In this document: positions 12,303 to 24,357 of the stretch, piece after piece | Numbering within the stretch: the first letter of the stretch is position 1 | How the letters are laid out: the number at the start of each line of letters is the position of its first letter | Assembly (NCBI GenBank): GCA_008632985.1 | Contig: QPGO01000013.1 | Location: forward strand, 310,001-374,000 | DNA from: Psammoneis japonica | Lineage: Eukaryota | Direction: 5' to 3' | DNA length: 64,000 bases | Program-made: the position numbers and the translations under genes | The notes under the pieces: model-generated | Databases searched by the model: none | Told to the model about the DNA's origin: nothing | What the model saw: the letters and a program-made list of their open reading frames with translations, nothing else

Positions 12303-15030
12303 TCATGGTAGTGTCGGACTGCAGAAATCAACCGGGGACTTGATGGCGTCAACGTGGTGCAGTGACAAGTCCGCTTTCCCGGTGGCTTTGGGAGTCGCCA
12401 AGATGGCCGCAGCAAGCGCTGCTTTTTCTAGATAATCGAAATACAGTGATGTCAGTTGTGATTCATAGTAAAGGCAAGATACAAAGTCGCGTGTTATGCT
12501 TACCTTCAAGGGGACTGTTCGTTGAAGGTTGCTTCTTGCACGCAGTGGTCCGGATCCCGTCACTACCATCGATGCCTGCGTCGGCGCCCTGTGGAGGGAT
12601 GGCCGAGAACGGAGTCTCGATGCCTTGCGTTTGAGAAGAATACTGCGATAAGAGAAAGAGATGTAAGCCAACAACATCATTGAAATTACCGTTAGCTCCT
12701 TACGTTCGCCGTTGGGATACTTACCGTACTCTCTTGTATTGGTACTCTAAAGTGCGTCGGACGATTCTCCTTGTCTGAATCTTGATGTTTGAAGGCCACC
12801 CTTGAGCTATCTCTGCCGACTGAATAGGGGGCTGAAGCATTTGGTTGGGGTGATAGTAGCCCGAAGGAGTAATTGCTGGGGTCGCACCCAGAGGCTGACG
12901 AAGCAACTGCTGAGATTCCTCCTCTTCCCAATAGGGAGTTTTGGTAAGGTCGCATTTCATTGCCGCCGGAGTGAAGCCCATTTGTCCACTACGTGGAGAA
13001 AAGAAAGGACTGAAGGGCTTTTTGGTTGAACCTGGGGTGGACACGAAGGGACCAGCAATAGGGGGCGGACTACGCGGAAACAGCAAGGAGGCTTTGCAGC
13101 TATATTTTGACACGACGAAAGGTACAGAGACGACAAACAATAAAATGAGAGATGATTCGACATGTTTAGTGACGAGCAAAAGTCGCTTGTTGTACTTACG
13201 TGTCTCGGACGATCCCGACCTTCCATACGAAGCATCGCCACGTCTCGAAGACAAAGGAGAAGATTGAAACGGCTGCTGTGGTACCATGGGTTCTGAAGCC
13301 ATCCGAAAGTCACAAGGCTTCGATCGAGAGCTTTTGCGTAGCGGGGACGAGCTCACCGTGCTCGGAGGGACGTTGTAGCGGTAGTCTGGGCGAAACTGAG
13401 GCGGCATAGACTGGTTGTGATAAGGGTTTGTACTTGGGACAGCCAGTTGAGAAACTTTTGAGGGCCCAATATATGGAGCAAGGAAATCCATCTGTTGTTT
13501 CCAGAATGGAGGGAGCATGAAACGCTCGGTGGGCGTAAGGTTCAGCATGTTGAGACCTTGGATCGAGCCTTCTTTGCAAACCTGGTCGGACACGCGTCGT
13601 CTCTCGATTGCTGATTTGTACATGCCGTTCATGTATCCTCCTCTGAGTGAGGAAAGAAAGTGTTTGAGTTCAAACATATCCTGATTGGTCGGTGTCTGCA
13701 GCTTGATTCGTTTCGGGTTGTATTCAGAACTTGTTCCACCACCGCCTCGGTTGGTAACAGGTGCAAGAGGACTAGTACGAACTGGTTCAAAGATGTTGTG
13801 CTTCTCCGCGGGTTTGCTTACGGGCAATTTGAGCTTGCTCCTCTTTGTACGGCTCTTTGTTCCATCTCCTGCCTGCTTCTGCTGTGACGTAGCCTGCCGA
13901 ACCGCTTTCAGGCATCCTTCAATGTCAGTTCCAATGAGGTATCGTCCTCGCTCGTCTTTCGTCTTGTGGACGTCGTCAATGTTCTTGGAGTGGATGTACT
14001 TTTCGATCTTTCGCTTCATTGAAGAGTTCCAGTGGTTCTTGATTGCATTATCCGTACGACCGGGTAAAAATTTTGCAATTTCGGCCCACTTGTTTCCAAG
14101 GTGCGTGTGACTCTCAAGAATGATTCGATCCTCCTTCTCGGTCCACGGCGCTTTGCAAATGTCGGGGTTCAAGTGGTTGTGCCAACGCTCTCGGCATTGC
14201 TTCCCAATGCGACCTGCGTTCAAAGGAAAAACAAGCAGGTTAGAAAAACAGTACAGGCTTTTCCACGTTCACACTGTAGGAAAGAGTTTCTACTCACCTG
14301 GAAGCTCAGCAGCTATCTGACTCCACTTCTTCGCCCCGTGCGCTTTTACAAGAGCAATGATTCTGTTATCTTCCTCTTGAGTCCACGGCCCCTTGAGTGC
14401 ACCAGCTTTTCAGCCCCCGACCCCCAGATAATTTGTTGTATCTCTTCATACATTCTGCGCTGTTTCTCCCGTTGCCTAGCCGCTTCGCTACCAGCGACCA
14501 ATCGATATCTCGGCATTTGTCTCTCTTCAGGACCTTTGGCCTATCGTCGCAAAAATCTGGTTCATCTTCACTGTCGTCCGGTCCCGGAAACAGCTCTCCT
14601 ACGAGAGACTTTAGTCTCATATCCTACGTGGATCACGTTAATGACCATCAGAAATCTTCATACGTACCACAGAGGTCATGCAATACGAAACATCACACAC
14701 AGGTCGACGTACCTCTGGTGCAGACCACGGCATGGGCCTGGACTCTAGAAATGAATGCATTGAGATATCAGGAATAAACGGCTTCGACGCTTTATCAAGC
14801 GGTATGATCGGAGACCGATTTCCTCTTCCTGAGACTGCTGGTGAGAATGTGATTCCCGGGAGATCGATCGAAGTTGTATGGTGCTCATCGATGTCGCTTC
14901 CCTCCAAACTCAGATTTGCATCTCTCACTATCAGACCCCCAATCCTAGTATCGACCGTATCATGTGCATCGGTAGAGTGAAATCCCATGGTGGAAGGAGT
15001 AAGACGGCCGTCCATCATGTTGTGTTCCAT
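12303..15030 (-). CDS. R1R2R3 (3R) MYB transcription factor, multi-exon
   Basis: R1 remnant (MPWSAPE...[22 protein letters not shown]), R2 (KGPWTQEED...[28 protein letters not shown]), R3 ([11 protein letters not shown]...[25 protein letters not shown]), followed by a long SP/TP-rich tail. The 3' exon boundaries are approximate. Confidence 0.85.
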
Positions 15031-15716
15031 GGTTTTCAGTGTGAATGAGAAAATTGTGTCGATCGTATGGTGGACGCACTTACGTGAGTGTCATCACCGT
15101 GGTCCGTGGTATATTTTCTAGTGCGATGGCATCAAGTCATAAGTATTTGAATCCTCGATTTGAATTTTATTTTGGCGATTATGGAAACATGAGTAAAAGG
15201 CTGTAGTAAATTTTTAGCCTATTTTGAATTGGAGAACTCTAAATTTTATTTAAAGACGCACGGGTGGAGACTCCGATGACTCCCATAAATAGATCTTATG
15301 ATATCCTAAGAGTACCAAGCTTGATATGAATGTTGTGTACTGTGTGTACAGAGGTCACACGTAGAAGTACAACGGTGGTTTTTGAATAGACTATCCATCA
15401 ATTAGAAATAAAATAAAATTACTTCGAGCTTTTCGAGCTCTTCGCGATCTCGATCCATTCAACTTTTTTATTTCCCTCCAATACAAACTGATGAAACAGC
15501 ACACACACAAACTCATCGGATGATGAACATGCAACCGATGCTCACTTTATAACTCCACTGTAATTCTGTATTCCGCACTTCGCCCTACCGACGTTCCAAT
15601 TACTTCCAGCCTTCGGCTTCTCCGCATGCTGTTCCCGAGTAATAAAAAGGGTGCAGGATCTTTGGTGGCAACAAGCAAAGAAGTGGTCTCGACGTCTACC
15701 GTGTCAGGTACAATAA

Positions 15717-18700
15717 CTACGTAATCTTCCTCTGAATTGCCGCCAACTTCAATCTATCGATGGAACCATGGGTTCTCGGGGCTGGAGAATTCAACATGCG
15801 GAAGAAATTGGATAGCTACGTGAAAAAGCACAGGTCAGTACAAGAACAAGAGAGAAATCGAAGAACGTGGTGTGGAGTTCACGGATTTTTCGTGAGGAGT
15901 AGTGTCACTTGCCTGCTCGATTGTCTTTTCCTGCCGTTTGGCACCGAGACGGGAAATCATCTTTAGCAAGTTCAGAATCAAGGCGGGCCTTGTCTTTTCG
16001 AGTTCCTTTACACGATAATACGGCAACAAATGTAGTCGACAAGCCGTGACTGCGATACAAACACCAGCACTTCGCATTCCACTCAGCCCTTCAATAGTCC
16101 CAACCACCCATCCTTGACCAATTCTTGCGAGGCGAAACACGTGGGCTTGGTTCCTGTGGCTAGCCAGGTTGCTCTTGACGAGAGCCCCCTCTCGCGCAAC
16201 GGCTTCATCCCTGGCATTCATGTGTCCAATCGACTGAAGAGCCTGAAAATGTACATCCGAACCAAAGCTTGGGCTGCTTCCGACAGAGGGAGCATAGCTT
16301 GTGTCTTGTTGAACTCTAAGGATACCAAACTCGACAAAGAAAAAGCCGCGATCCATCTCATCGTCTCTGAACAAAGTTTCCTCAGGCTGCAACTCCACCA
16401 CCTTGGTGTACTTCTCTAATTCAATCAGCTCTTGAGCAAACTGAACATCGTGCTGCGTGATACGTGTTTAACATGTTGAGCCCTTTCGAGGATATACATA
16501 ACGATAAACTTCAGGAGAGTCCTTACCAGCTCATCAATTTTTTGGAGCGCAAATCGAAATCCATCATCAGCATTACTCAGCGCCCGAGCTCGTCTACGCA
16601 CCCCAGCATCAAGTTCATCCATCTCTTCTACATGGCACACCTTTGTTAAAAGATCGTCTTCAGCTCGTCCTAATGCTGTTTCAAGATTGGAGACAAAGTA
16701 CACGCCAGAACCCCCTTTGATTCCAGCGTGCACAAATGTCGACTTGATACTTGGATTAAGACCCGTGAGGTAGAGCCTGCATCGTTGCTTCCTGCAAAGT
16801 GTTACCACCTCTCGAATCAAGTCGACAGCCGAGGTGTCGACATCAGTAACAATGGTAAAGTCAATGACCAAGTGCTTTGGAATGGGTGGTAGCGGAAACG
16901 GCAGCTCAGCGTGTGAATTCACATCGGGCTCTTCAAACATCGTCGTGATGTAAGACAACACACTTTGCGCGTTACCAAAGAACACAAAACCCTGTAATAC
17001 GCAGATTTGTATTAGATCCCCATTTTGGTCCTTTGCGAAACAAGTTCAAGTTATAGGATCGGCAACGTGAGAAACGGGATTGTTTGGTTTCGAAGCACGG
17101 CACTGCAATTCTTCGGAGAACAACCTACCAACCAGTCATTGTCTCGTATGTTTCGACTAACTATAGAACGCATGGTAAGACCATTTGCGAGGAACTTCAC
17201 TACTCCGGTTCTGTAAAATGAGGCGACAAAGATAAATGTAGAAACTCCAACTCCGATAAAGATGGCATTGAGCATACCAAGAACAAACGTGAAAAACACA
17301 ATGATTGGAACGACTGTCCATTCGAATTTGTTCCTGGTTTTTGAGAACGAGTCGATGAACCACATTCTAACCAAGTCCAGAAAAGAAAGAACCAACAAAC
17401 AGGAGAAGGCTGCTTTCGGGATAAAGCAAACTAGCTTGAAGTCTGTAAGGTAGAAGAAAGCGAGTAAGACCACACTACCATACTGAGGAGGGGGCTTTTC
17501 AGCACCCAGCTACCGTAGTGGAACGCAAATACAGCGGTTTGATGAGAGAGTAACAGTTAGCGACGTTGTGATAGACGCGAGTTTTCTTCAAAACGACTCT
17601 CACCTGGAATAGAGTCATGGCCGCACCTACGGCTGGTGCGACAGCAATTCCTCCACTAAATGCCGCCATGACCTGAGATGATCCGTATCCCACAAGTATT
17701 TCCGGTAGCGACACGTTGCCTGTCTTCTTGTTATCAGTAGAGACTGTTCTCCGCAATCCTTTTGTTGATACAGGCGACGCATCTAGTGGCTGAGCCCTGG
17801 TTACATTGGGAATGTTTTTCTTGAGAGCGGCAGCATGAAGAGATCCGCGAATGACGTAAAGCAAAGCCAACGCAAAAGCAGTAGGAAGCCCGGCGAGAAA
17901 GGCGCCCCAGCGAACCTTACCACGCACCAACGAATGAAACACCCCAAACGGCGCTGGTGGGGCCCATGAATCGAAACCAAGGGAACTTGAACTAGAATCT
18001 GTAAGGTCCTGAGCTGTCCAAAACCATTGAAGCTGCTGTGCTTGGGACAGCGATGTTCCAGATATAAACAGCAGCAAATACGATACTGTAATCGTAGCAA
18101 CAACCAGAAGCAGAACATAAAAGGGATTCTGTGGACCAATCACATGCATAATGACACCAATGGCGAGACTCGGGCATGGTGTAGGATGCAGGTGAAGATC
18201 AAGCTAGCATCGCCGGACAAAAGGACGTGACCAATTTTCTCACCAGTGTCCACGGAAAAGGCCAGAGTGTACATGAGAATCCCAATCGCGCTAAAGAAAC
18301 CACAAAGTACCGAATACGGAAGAAAGGCTCCAAGGTTAGCAAGCTTCACAACTGATCCAAGGATAGAGAGCAAACCCGAAATGAGAATGCCAAAACTGAC
18401 GACAGCCGTGAATGTCGCCAGGAACACGTCCAATTCTTGTTCAAGCCCATCCTGGTATAATGCTTCATCAACAACAACCGCTAGGTTGGCGAGGAACGGT
18501 GCTAAAAACAAGTCACTTGTCGGATATATCGCGGGTATCTGGTCACCCAAAAGGAACACAAACACTGGACTCGCAAACATGATCCCCAGAGCTGCCATTT
18601 TCGCCATGGGCCCAACTATACTGGTCGACGAGTATGGTCTTGTGATTGTAGATGCTTGCCTTGTAGAAAGAAAGAGAGAATAAGGGAAGAGTATAAGAGA

Positions 18701-19168
18701 AAAACATTCCTCGTTTCAAGCTATCATCGAGATGAGCTCGTCTCAGACTTACGCCATACAATAGACAATGTGATAGAGGAGGAATACAAAGCTTCCAATT
18801 ATTGTTGAGGGTTGAAAGGTTGCCTTGAACATGTTCTTGCATCTTTCTTGAATCGGCGGTCTATTGCTTGCGATAAATTTCTCTTCGTCTGCATCTCCCT
18901 TCGCGTTGGCAACTTGAAATTGTGAGATCAGTGCATTTTCACGCACGCGCAAAAAATTTGTTTCTGCAAACACTTACCTTGATTGGGACGGAATAAGACT
19001 CCGGCTGTGGTTGGAACAGATCTCCCAAAGAAGATGCCTTGTCGTCGTGTTGAAGAAGCTTACTTGTCTCTGTTGCTCCATCGTCTTTTGGTGTCGATGG
19101 AGGTGGAAGAGATCAGTCAATGCCGCAGTTCCACCGGGCGAGGATGGAGCAGGATTGCTCCCCAGCAT
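15717..19168 (-). CDS. SulP/SLC26-type anion transporter with STAS and cyclic-nucleotide-binding domains, multi-exon
   Basis: TM core (LANLGAFLPYSVLCGFFSAIG; FIPKAAFSCLLV; AIFIGVGVSTFIFV), STAS (LQGFVFFGNA...LVIDFTIVTDVDTSA) and cNMP domain (LQPEETLFR...FFFVEFGIL...GWVVG). Start is approximate. Confidence 0.88.
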
Positions 19169-19385
19169 GATCGATTGAAAGCACAAGAAAAACAGAAGAG
19201 ATCTTGGTCTTGAGTTTTTAAAATAAGACAGAGTGAAAAGATGTTTCTGTACTGGAACTCAATTCCATCTCACGACGATGATGACAAGCCGCAAGAACAA
19301 AGTGTCAAAAAGAAAGATCGAGCCGCGATGCGGTTTTGATCTTGCGCATCTCGCGCGAGACGCGAGCAAAAGAACATCTACGATA

Positions 19386-19548
19386 CTTTCTGATGAACTA
19401 GCTGATAAAGCACTTTTGGATTAGAATTAACTAAGCTTCTGTTGCTTCGGACGAGAGCTTCAAGCTGTGCATATGCACAAAAATGAGACAGCGCGTCGCA
19501 ACACCTCATGAAAATGCGCAACTCTCGTCCAAATCATTCCGTGGTCCG
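19386..19548 (+). repeat. About 160-bp imperfect direct repeat, copy 1 (copy 2 at 20804-20957)
   Basis: ctttctgatgaact...aagcacttttggattagaatta...ttctgttgcttcggacgagagct...catgaaaatgc...tcattccRtggtccg is present in both copies. Confidence 0.85.
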
Positions 19549-19582
19549 AAACAGTCGACACGCCCATAGCTACGAGTAGTCT

Positions 19583-20488
19583 TTATAGTCTTTGGTGAAC
19601 AAACACTGCACCCACAATAACGGGATCACCAGCGACAACCTCGCTGATGCGTAAATCGCCAGCTTTGCCAGACACCTCGAGATATCTCTGCTTGTACATG
19701 TTTCGTCCAGCAGCTTGCGCCTCGCCATCTCGTGCGTTTAATGCCCGAAAGCCTGCATCAGAACCAGATTCCACCAACTTCACTCTGCTCCCTCCCTGTG
19801 GCAAGCCTAGTCGTCGCAGCGAATCATCTCCCCACACCAACTCGAGTCGAAAGGGCGGAAAAATCTCTAGAGTTGAAAGGTTGTCGCTAACGGGAACAGC
19901 TCCACTGGATAACAAAAGCGATAGAGGAAGAAAAGGAAAATTTAAGACCTGAGCCACTCTTCCGTCACCCACTTGCTTGGCAGCATCGTCACCCAATAAC
20001 TGCAGACTGGTGGGTCGAATCGGTTGTGGAAGATTTAAAAGCGGCGAAAACGCCTGAGCATTCACACTGTAAATCAGCTCCCACGTTCCTCCCAACTCAG
20101 GAGACGCCGCACCAGTTCCCTTGGATGGATCTAATGGCTCCAGCTTTGCAATCAAGTCGACAATATCATCTTCAGACGAAGCGTCGGATGCAACGGCTCG
20201 AAGCAGAGCTTGTCGTTCGGGAGTTCCCTCCGATGTGACGCCCGGGGTAGCAGCAGCATTCGACATGGATGGGTTCAATATTGATACCGCTGTAGCTACA
20301 GTGACTGTTATCCCAGCTACAAGAGCATCACGGCGAGAAACGGTGCTAACTTCATTGACTTTTGTTTTGGGGTTGAGAAACAGCGCTGGTCGACGTTTCC
20401 GTGAGGGTGGCTTGAGAGAGAAGCCGTGGACACTGTAGGTGACTACAAAGAGCGCTAGGAAAAGTGAAGGAAACCACTGGTGACTCAT
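19583..20488 (-). CDS. Plastid-targeted fibrillin/PAP-like protein
   Basis: Signal peptide ending VHG-F, transit region, SRRDALV...SNA twin-Arg-like signal, then IVDLIAKLEPLDPS...LGGTWELIYS, typical of the PAP_fibrillin start. Confidence 0.7.
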   Translation of the reverse strand: MSHQWFPSLFLALFVVTYSVHGFSLKPPSRKRRPALFLNPKTKVNEVSTVSRRDALVAGITVTVATAVSILNPSMSNAAATPGVTSEGTPERQALLRAVASDASSEDDIVDLIAKLEPLDPSKGTGAASPELGGTWELIYSVNAQAFSPLLNLPQPIRPTSLQLLGDDAAKQVGDGRVAQVLNFPFLPLSLLLSSGAVPVSDNLSTLEIFPPFRLELVWGDDSLRRLGLPQGGSRVKLVESGSDAGFRALNARDGEAQAAGRNMYKQRYLEVSGKAGDLRISEVVAGDPVIVGAVFVHQRL

Positions 20489-20803
20489 GTTAAGCAAGAA
20501 ATGAAACGGATCATGTACAAGTAATGGTGCGGAATTATGGTTTCACGTCGAGGTTCGATAGCACTACGGAACGGTCGGGTTGTGGGTGCTCATACTGGAG
20601 TTTCGGATTTCGAGGTTGGTTAGGGTTGAGCCGCTGAGCAGATTGAAGATTGAAGATGAGCGAGCGGCTGTCAAAAATGTCCTGACAGTTTGTCCGATCC
20701 GCGCACGCTGATGATGAGGTGCTACAGTGCGGTTCTATCTGTCGCAATGGAACTGAAAACCAACGCAGATGATGGCTCGTAAGTCCATAGTCCATGAACG
20801 ATC

Positions 20804-20957
20804 CTTTCTGATGAACTGGCCGATTAAGCACTTTTGGATTAGAATTATCTACATAAGTTTCTGTTGCTTCGGACGAGAGCTGTATACACAAGAGAAGAGA
20901 CGGCGCATTGCAACATGCATGAAAATGCTAAACTCTTCCAAGTCATTCCATGGTCCG
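20804..20957 (+). repeat. About 155-bp imperfect direct repeat, copy 2
   Basis: Aligns by eye with 19386-19548. Confidence 0.85.
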
Positions 20958-21033
20958 TATCTTCAGGGGTGCTGGATTGCGGTTCGTCGCCGATCCACAG
21001 ACGTTAACAGCATGTGGAGGGCAAACCTTTGCT

Positions 21034-24000
21034 TTATTCAGTGCCATCTCTTTCAGCAGCTTTAGCTTTAATTTCGTCGAGAAAGCTCCCTCGCCCTCCT
21101 CCCCCACTTACGACTGCACGTTTACTGCCTTTGCTAGATCCTTCCAGTTCAGCACCCCCACGCCCACTGCGACTACCTGACCCCCTTGCAGCAATAGCAG
21201 CCATTAGATCACCTCGTCCGCCGCTCCGACCACTGCGGCTAGATCCCTCCAGCTCAACACCCCCACGCCCACTTCGACTGCCAGAGCCCCTTGCCGCAAT
21301 AGCGGCCATCAAATCCCCGCGTCCGCCACTTCGACTACCTCGCCCTGCCCCCCTCGACGCAATAGCAGCCATGAGATCTCCTCGACCACTCCCGCCATTT
21401 CCACCTCGTCCCCGTCCTCTCGCAGCAATTTCCGACATGAGACCACCTCGCCCGCTTGCTCCCTCGCGTCCACCGCGACCGCTTCCTCTCGCCGCTATAG
21501 CAGACATTAAGTCACCTCTGCCGCTGGGAGAGTCTCCTCTTCCGCGACCTCTTGCGGCGATGGCAGACATCAAATCCCCTCTTCCTCCACCACCACGGCC
21601 ACCGCGACCTCTACCAGCAATGGCGGACATTAGGTCTCCTCTTCCGCCTGCATCACCACCACCTCTTCCTGCAATTGCTGCCATTAGATCCCCACGTCCA
21701 GCCACTGCAGATCCAGTCATACCATGATCATCGGACCCCGCGGCAGTTTCCTCTGCGGATGGTTCAAGCTTAGCTTTGGCTTCCTTCTTCATTTGTTTTC
21801 TTGTCTTGTGCTTTCTTGAAGGCTTAGGTTTTTCAACTCCAAGGGTTTCAAACGTATGAAGGTTACGCTCATGCAGTTCATCCAAAAGCTCACGTAATTG
21901 GCTGATAGAGACTTTCAATCTCCCATCTTTGGCGCCTAGTTCTTTCATCCGCTGTTTCATACCAGTGAAAAAATCACCAGCAACTTCGCACACTTCCTCA
22001 CAAAGGCCTAGTTCTACCGGGCTGCGAATGTCCGCCTTGTTTGCGTTGGCATCTTTCTTTCCCGTAAGCTGCATACCTGACCTTTCGGCAAACTGCAAAA
22101 CGGACAACCTGAGGTCATTCAAGGCGTCGCTTAGTCGCATCATTTCTTTGCGCTTGTCTTCTTCTGCTATCTCTTCTTTTCCTTGATTTATTCCATTCTC
22201 TATCCACGTCATTTGCTTCCCCTCCATTGTATCGATTGCCTCATCCATGAGCTCACAACTTCCATTCGCCAGGGATACTTGAAGCACTCCGTTGTAATGC
22301 TTCTTCAAGGCATCCAACCGTTCAACAGAACGCTTCTCGCGAGCCAAGGCAGCTGCGTTACTTGCAGCCTTTGCCCCCGGATCTTCAGCATCAGCCTTAT
22401 GAGCAACGGTGACTACGTACTCGTCTCCGTCTGGAAATCCGTAATCGTCGTTGTAGCTCGGTTGTTGGTCAGCACGGATAGGACATTGCTTACCAATCAT
22501 GGGACAACCTTCCTTGGGATTTGCCCTCGTCGCGTATGGGTGGTTGTCCGGAGGACCGTACTGCTCGACATGATACTCGTACTGATCCAGGGTTTCTTTG
22601 AAATTTGTCCGCATCATGGACCACCATGTCCACTTGCGTTCCGTCATGGCTTCTGCTTGCATAGCCTTCCACTTTGGACCAATACTTTTGAGGTGAGCAT
22701 ACATGGCCCTTCTTTCGGTAAGGGTCATTCCTGTGACACGCATATTTTCCAATGTTGAGGGGTGCATGCGGGCAATGTCTTCTGGGTTGGTTCGTAGGAG
22801 CTGAAGAACGTTTGTCCGTTTGAACTTCTTGGCAATCGCCTTTGGCAACAGCTTCCCGTTGGGAGACGGTTGAGAACATAGCTGGGCTTCACTCATAGAC
22901 TTGACGTCAACAGGCATGTGCCTTCTGAGCTGTTTGAGAGCCTCATTATTGAGTGGCTCGTTCTTTCTGTCCCACTCCATTTCTTTTTCTTCTTGCTCTT
23001 CTATATACTCGTCCGTCAGCATCAGTGCCGTTGAGTATTTCTCCATGTCTTGTTCTAACTTAAAGTACTCTTCTCGGAGCTCGGCTTGCTTCTGCTTGTC
23101 GGGATGTGTGACCTCACTGGATCCAATTTCTTGCATTCGCTCAGCAATCTTCTCCACTTCTTGCTTGGCTTCTTCGTAGGGGATATCTTCCGCAATCTGA
23201 ACACCAGCTTGCTTCAGCTGTTTTTCAAGTTTCTTCTGCTTCTTTTCTGCTTCTTCTAATTCCTTCAAAAGCTTCTGATGTGCTTCGCTGGTTTTTGGGT
23301 CGTCTTGGATTCGACGAATGGACAATGATTTGCACGATAAGCCCCTACCCGAGCTCCCTAGACTCCGGTTGGATGACGAGAGTTTCTGCTTCTTTGTGTC
23401 AGCCAGCAAGCGCACCTTGGACTGCCGTTTTGTGAAATCACTGAGACTGTGAGTTCGATAGTCTGCCAAACTCCGACTACTGGCTCCCGCGGAACTAGGT
23501 GCAATGTTTCGAAACGCCATTTTCTTTGCGGACTCAAGCTGGGATTGGAGTGACTTGACCTTGGCGTTAAAGAGCGTGAATCCCGAAAAGAAGGCGGCAA
23601 TCTCTCGTTCTGACAATTGCCCATCGTCGAGCATCTGGTCACGAATATCATCCAGGTATTGTTGCTCCTCGTCTTCATCATCTTTTTCTTCAAATTCTTC
23701 AAGCTCATCTGGATCCGGTAAGAGGTCATCGTTCTCAGACAAGGCCCTCCGGTAGGGCTTAAATGCGTGTTCTACCAGCATCTTTGTCCAGTCCCATCTC
23801 GTCTCTAACTTGTTTCGATCATCAATCACAGATGCGTTGCTCATTATTCGTTTCAGGTCACGCTTTCTATGCGAATCATTGTCTCCTTCAGGTGGTTCTG
23901 CAGCAGGAACATCAGAAACTCTTGGAACGGACAGAGACTTGCTTATGGGTTCTGCTTTCTTCACTTCAACCTTCTCGGGATACACAAACTTCACTCTAGC

Positions 24001-24357
24001 GGCGTCCTTACTTTTCGATGGTATAGGTATGTCATCTGTGCTTTTGCTTGTTACTCTCAAGGCAGACTTTTGTTGAGCGCTGCTGCTGCCAGTCCGTGTT
24101 TTTGACGCGAGCGCAGACTTTGGTTTCAGCGCTGACACCGGCTTATCGCCTGATTCTTTTGACTTACCACCCGGTTTGAACACGGCAGTCTTGAGAAACG
24201 CAGTGGACTCTTTCTCATGAGGCGACTTTGCTGACTGCGCTGAAGCGGAATCAGTCGTCCTTCGACGAGGAGGAGATTTACCAGAGGAAGAACGACCCGG
24301 CGGAGGTGCTAAACCACGGTCGTCATCCTCTTCTGCCTTTCTCCAATTGCTACTCAT
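21034..24357 (-). CDS. 1107-aa hypothetical protein with coiled coils and a C-terminal array of WH2-like GRGDLMxAIAxRG repeats
   Basis: Uninterrupted ORF with K/E-rich coiled coils, 8 GRG(D/G)LMxxIAxRG units and a terminal GRGSFLDEIKAK. Confidence 0.8.
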   Translation of the reverse strand: MSSNWRKAEEDDDRGLAPPPGRSSSGKSPPRRRTTDSASAQSAKSPHEKESTAFLKTAVFKPGGKSKESGDKPVSALKPKSALASKTRTGSSSAQQKSALRVTSKSTDDIPIPSKSKDAARVKFVYPEKVEVKKAEPISKSLSVPRVSDVPAAEPPEGDNDSHRKRDLKRIMSNASVIDDRNKLETRWDWTKMLVEHAFKPYRRALSENDDLLPDPDELEEFEEKDDEDEEQQYLDDIRDQMLDDGQLSEREIAAFFSGFTLFNAKVKSLQSQLESAKKMAFRNIAPSSAGASSRSLADYRTHSLSDFTKRQSKVRLLADTKKQKLSSSNRSLGSSGRGLSCKSLSIRRIQDDPKTSEAHQKLLKELEEAEKKQKKLEKQLKQAGVQIAEDIPYEEAKQEVEKIAERMQEIGSSEVTHPDKQKQAELREEYFKLEQDMEKYSTALMLTDEYIEEQEEKEMEWDRKNEPLNNEALKQLRRHMPVDVKSMSEAQLCSQPSPNGKLLPKAIAKKFKRTNVLQLLRTNPEDIARMHPSTLENMRVTGMTLTERRAMYAHLKSIGPKWKAMQAEAMTERKWTWWSMMRTNFKETLDQYEYHVEQYGPPDNHPYATRANPKEGCPMIGKQCPIRADQQPSYNDDYGFPDGDEYVVTVAHKADAEDPGAKAASNAAALAREKRSVERLDALKKHYNGVLQVSLANGSCELMDEAIDTMEGKQMTWIENGINQGKEEIAEEDKRKEMMRLSDALNDLRLSVLQFAERSGMQLTGKKDANANKADIRSPVELGLCEEVCEVAGDFFTGMKQRMKELGAKDGRLKVSISQLRELLDELHERNLHTFETLGVEKPKPSRKHKTRKQMKKEAKAKLEPSAEETAAGSDDHGMTGSAVAGRGDLMAAIAGRGGGDAGGRGDLMSAIAGRGRGGRGGGGRGDLMSAIAARGRGRGDSPSGRGDLMSAIAARGSGRGGREGASGRGGLMSEIAARGRGRGGNGGSGRGDLMAAIASRGAGRGSRSGGRGDLMAAIAARGSGSRSGRGGVELEGSSRSGRSGGRGDLMAAIAARGSGSRSGRGGAELEGSSKGSKRAVVSGGGGRGSFLDEIKAKAAERDGTE

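Noticed and set aside
21014..21727. Antisense Pro-rich 237-aa ORF (similarly 581-1177 and 52614-53357)
   Set aside because: Shadow frames of repetitive or well-supported genes on the opposite strand.
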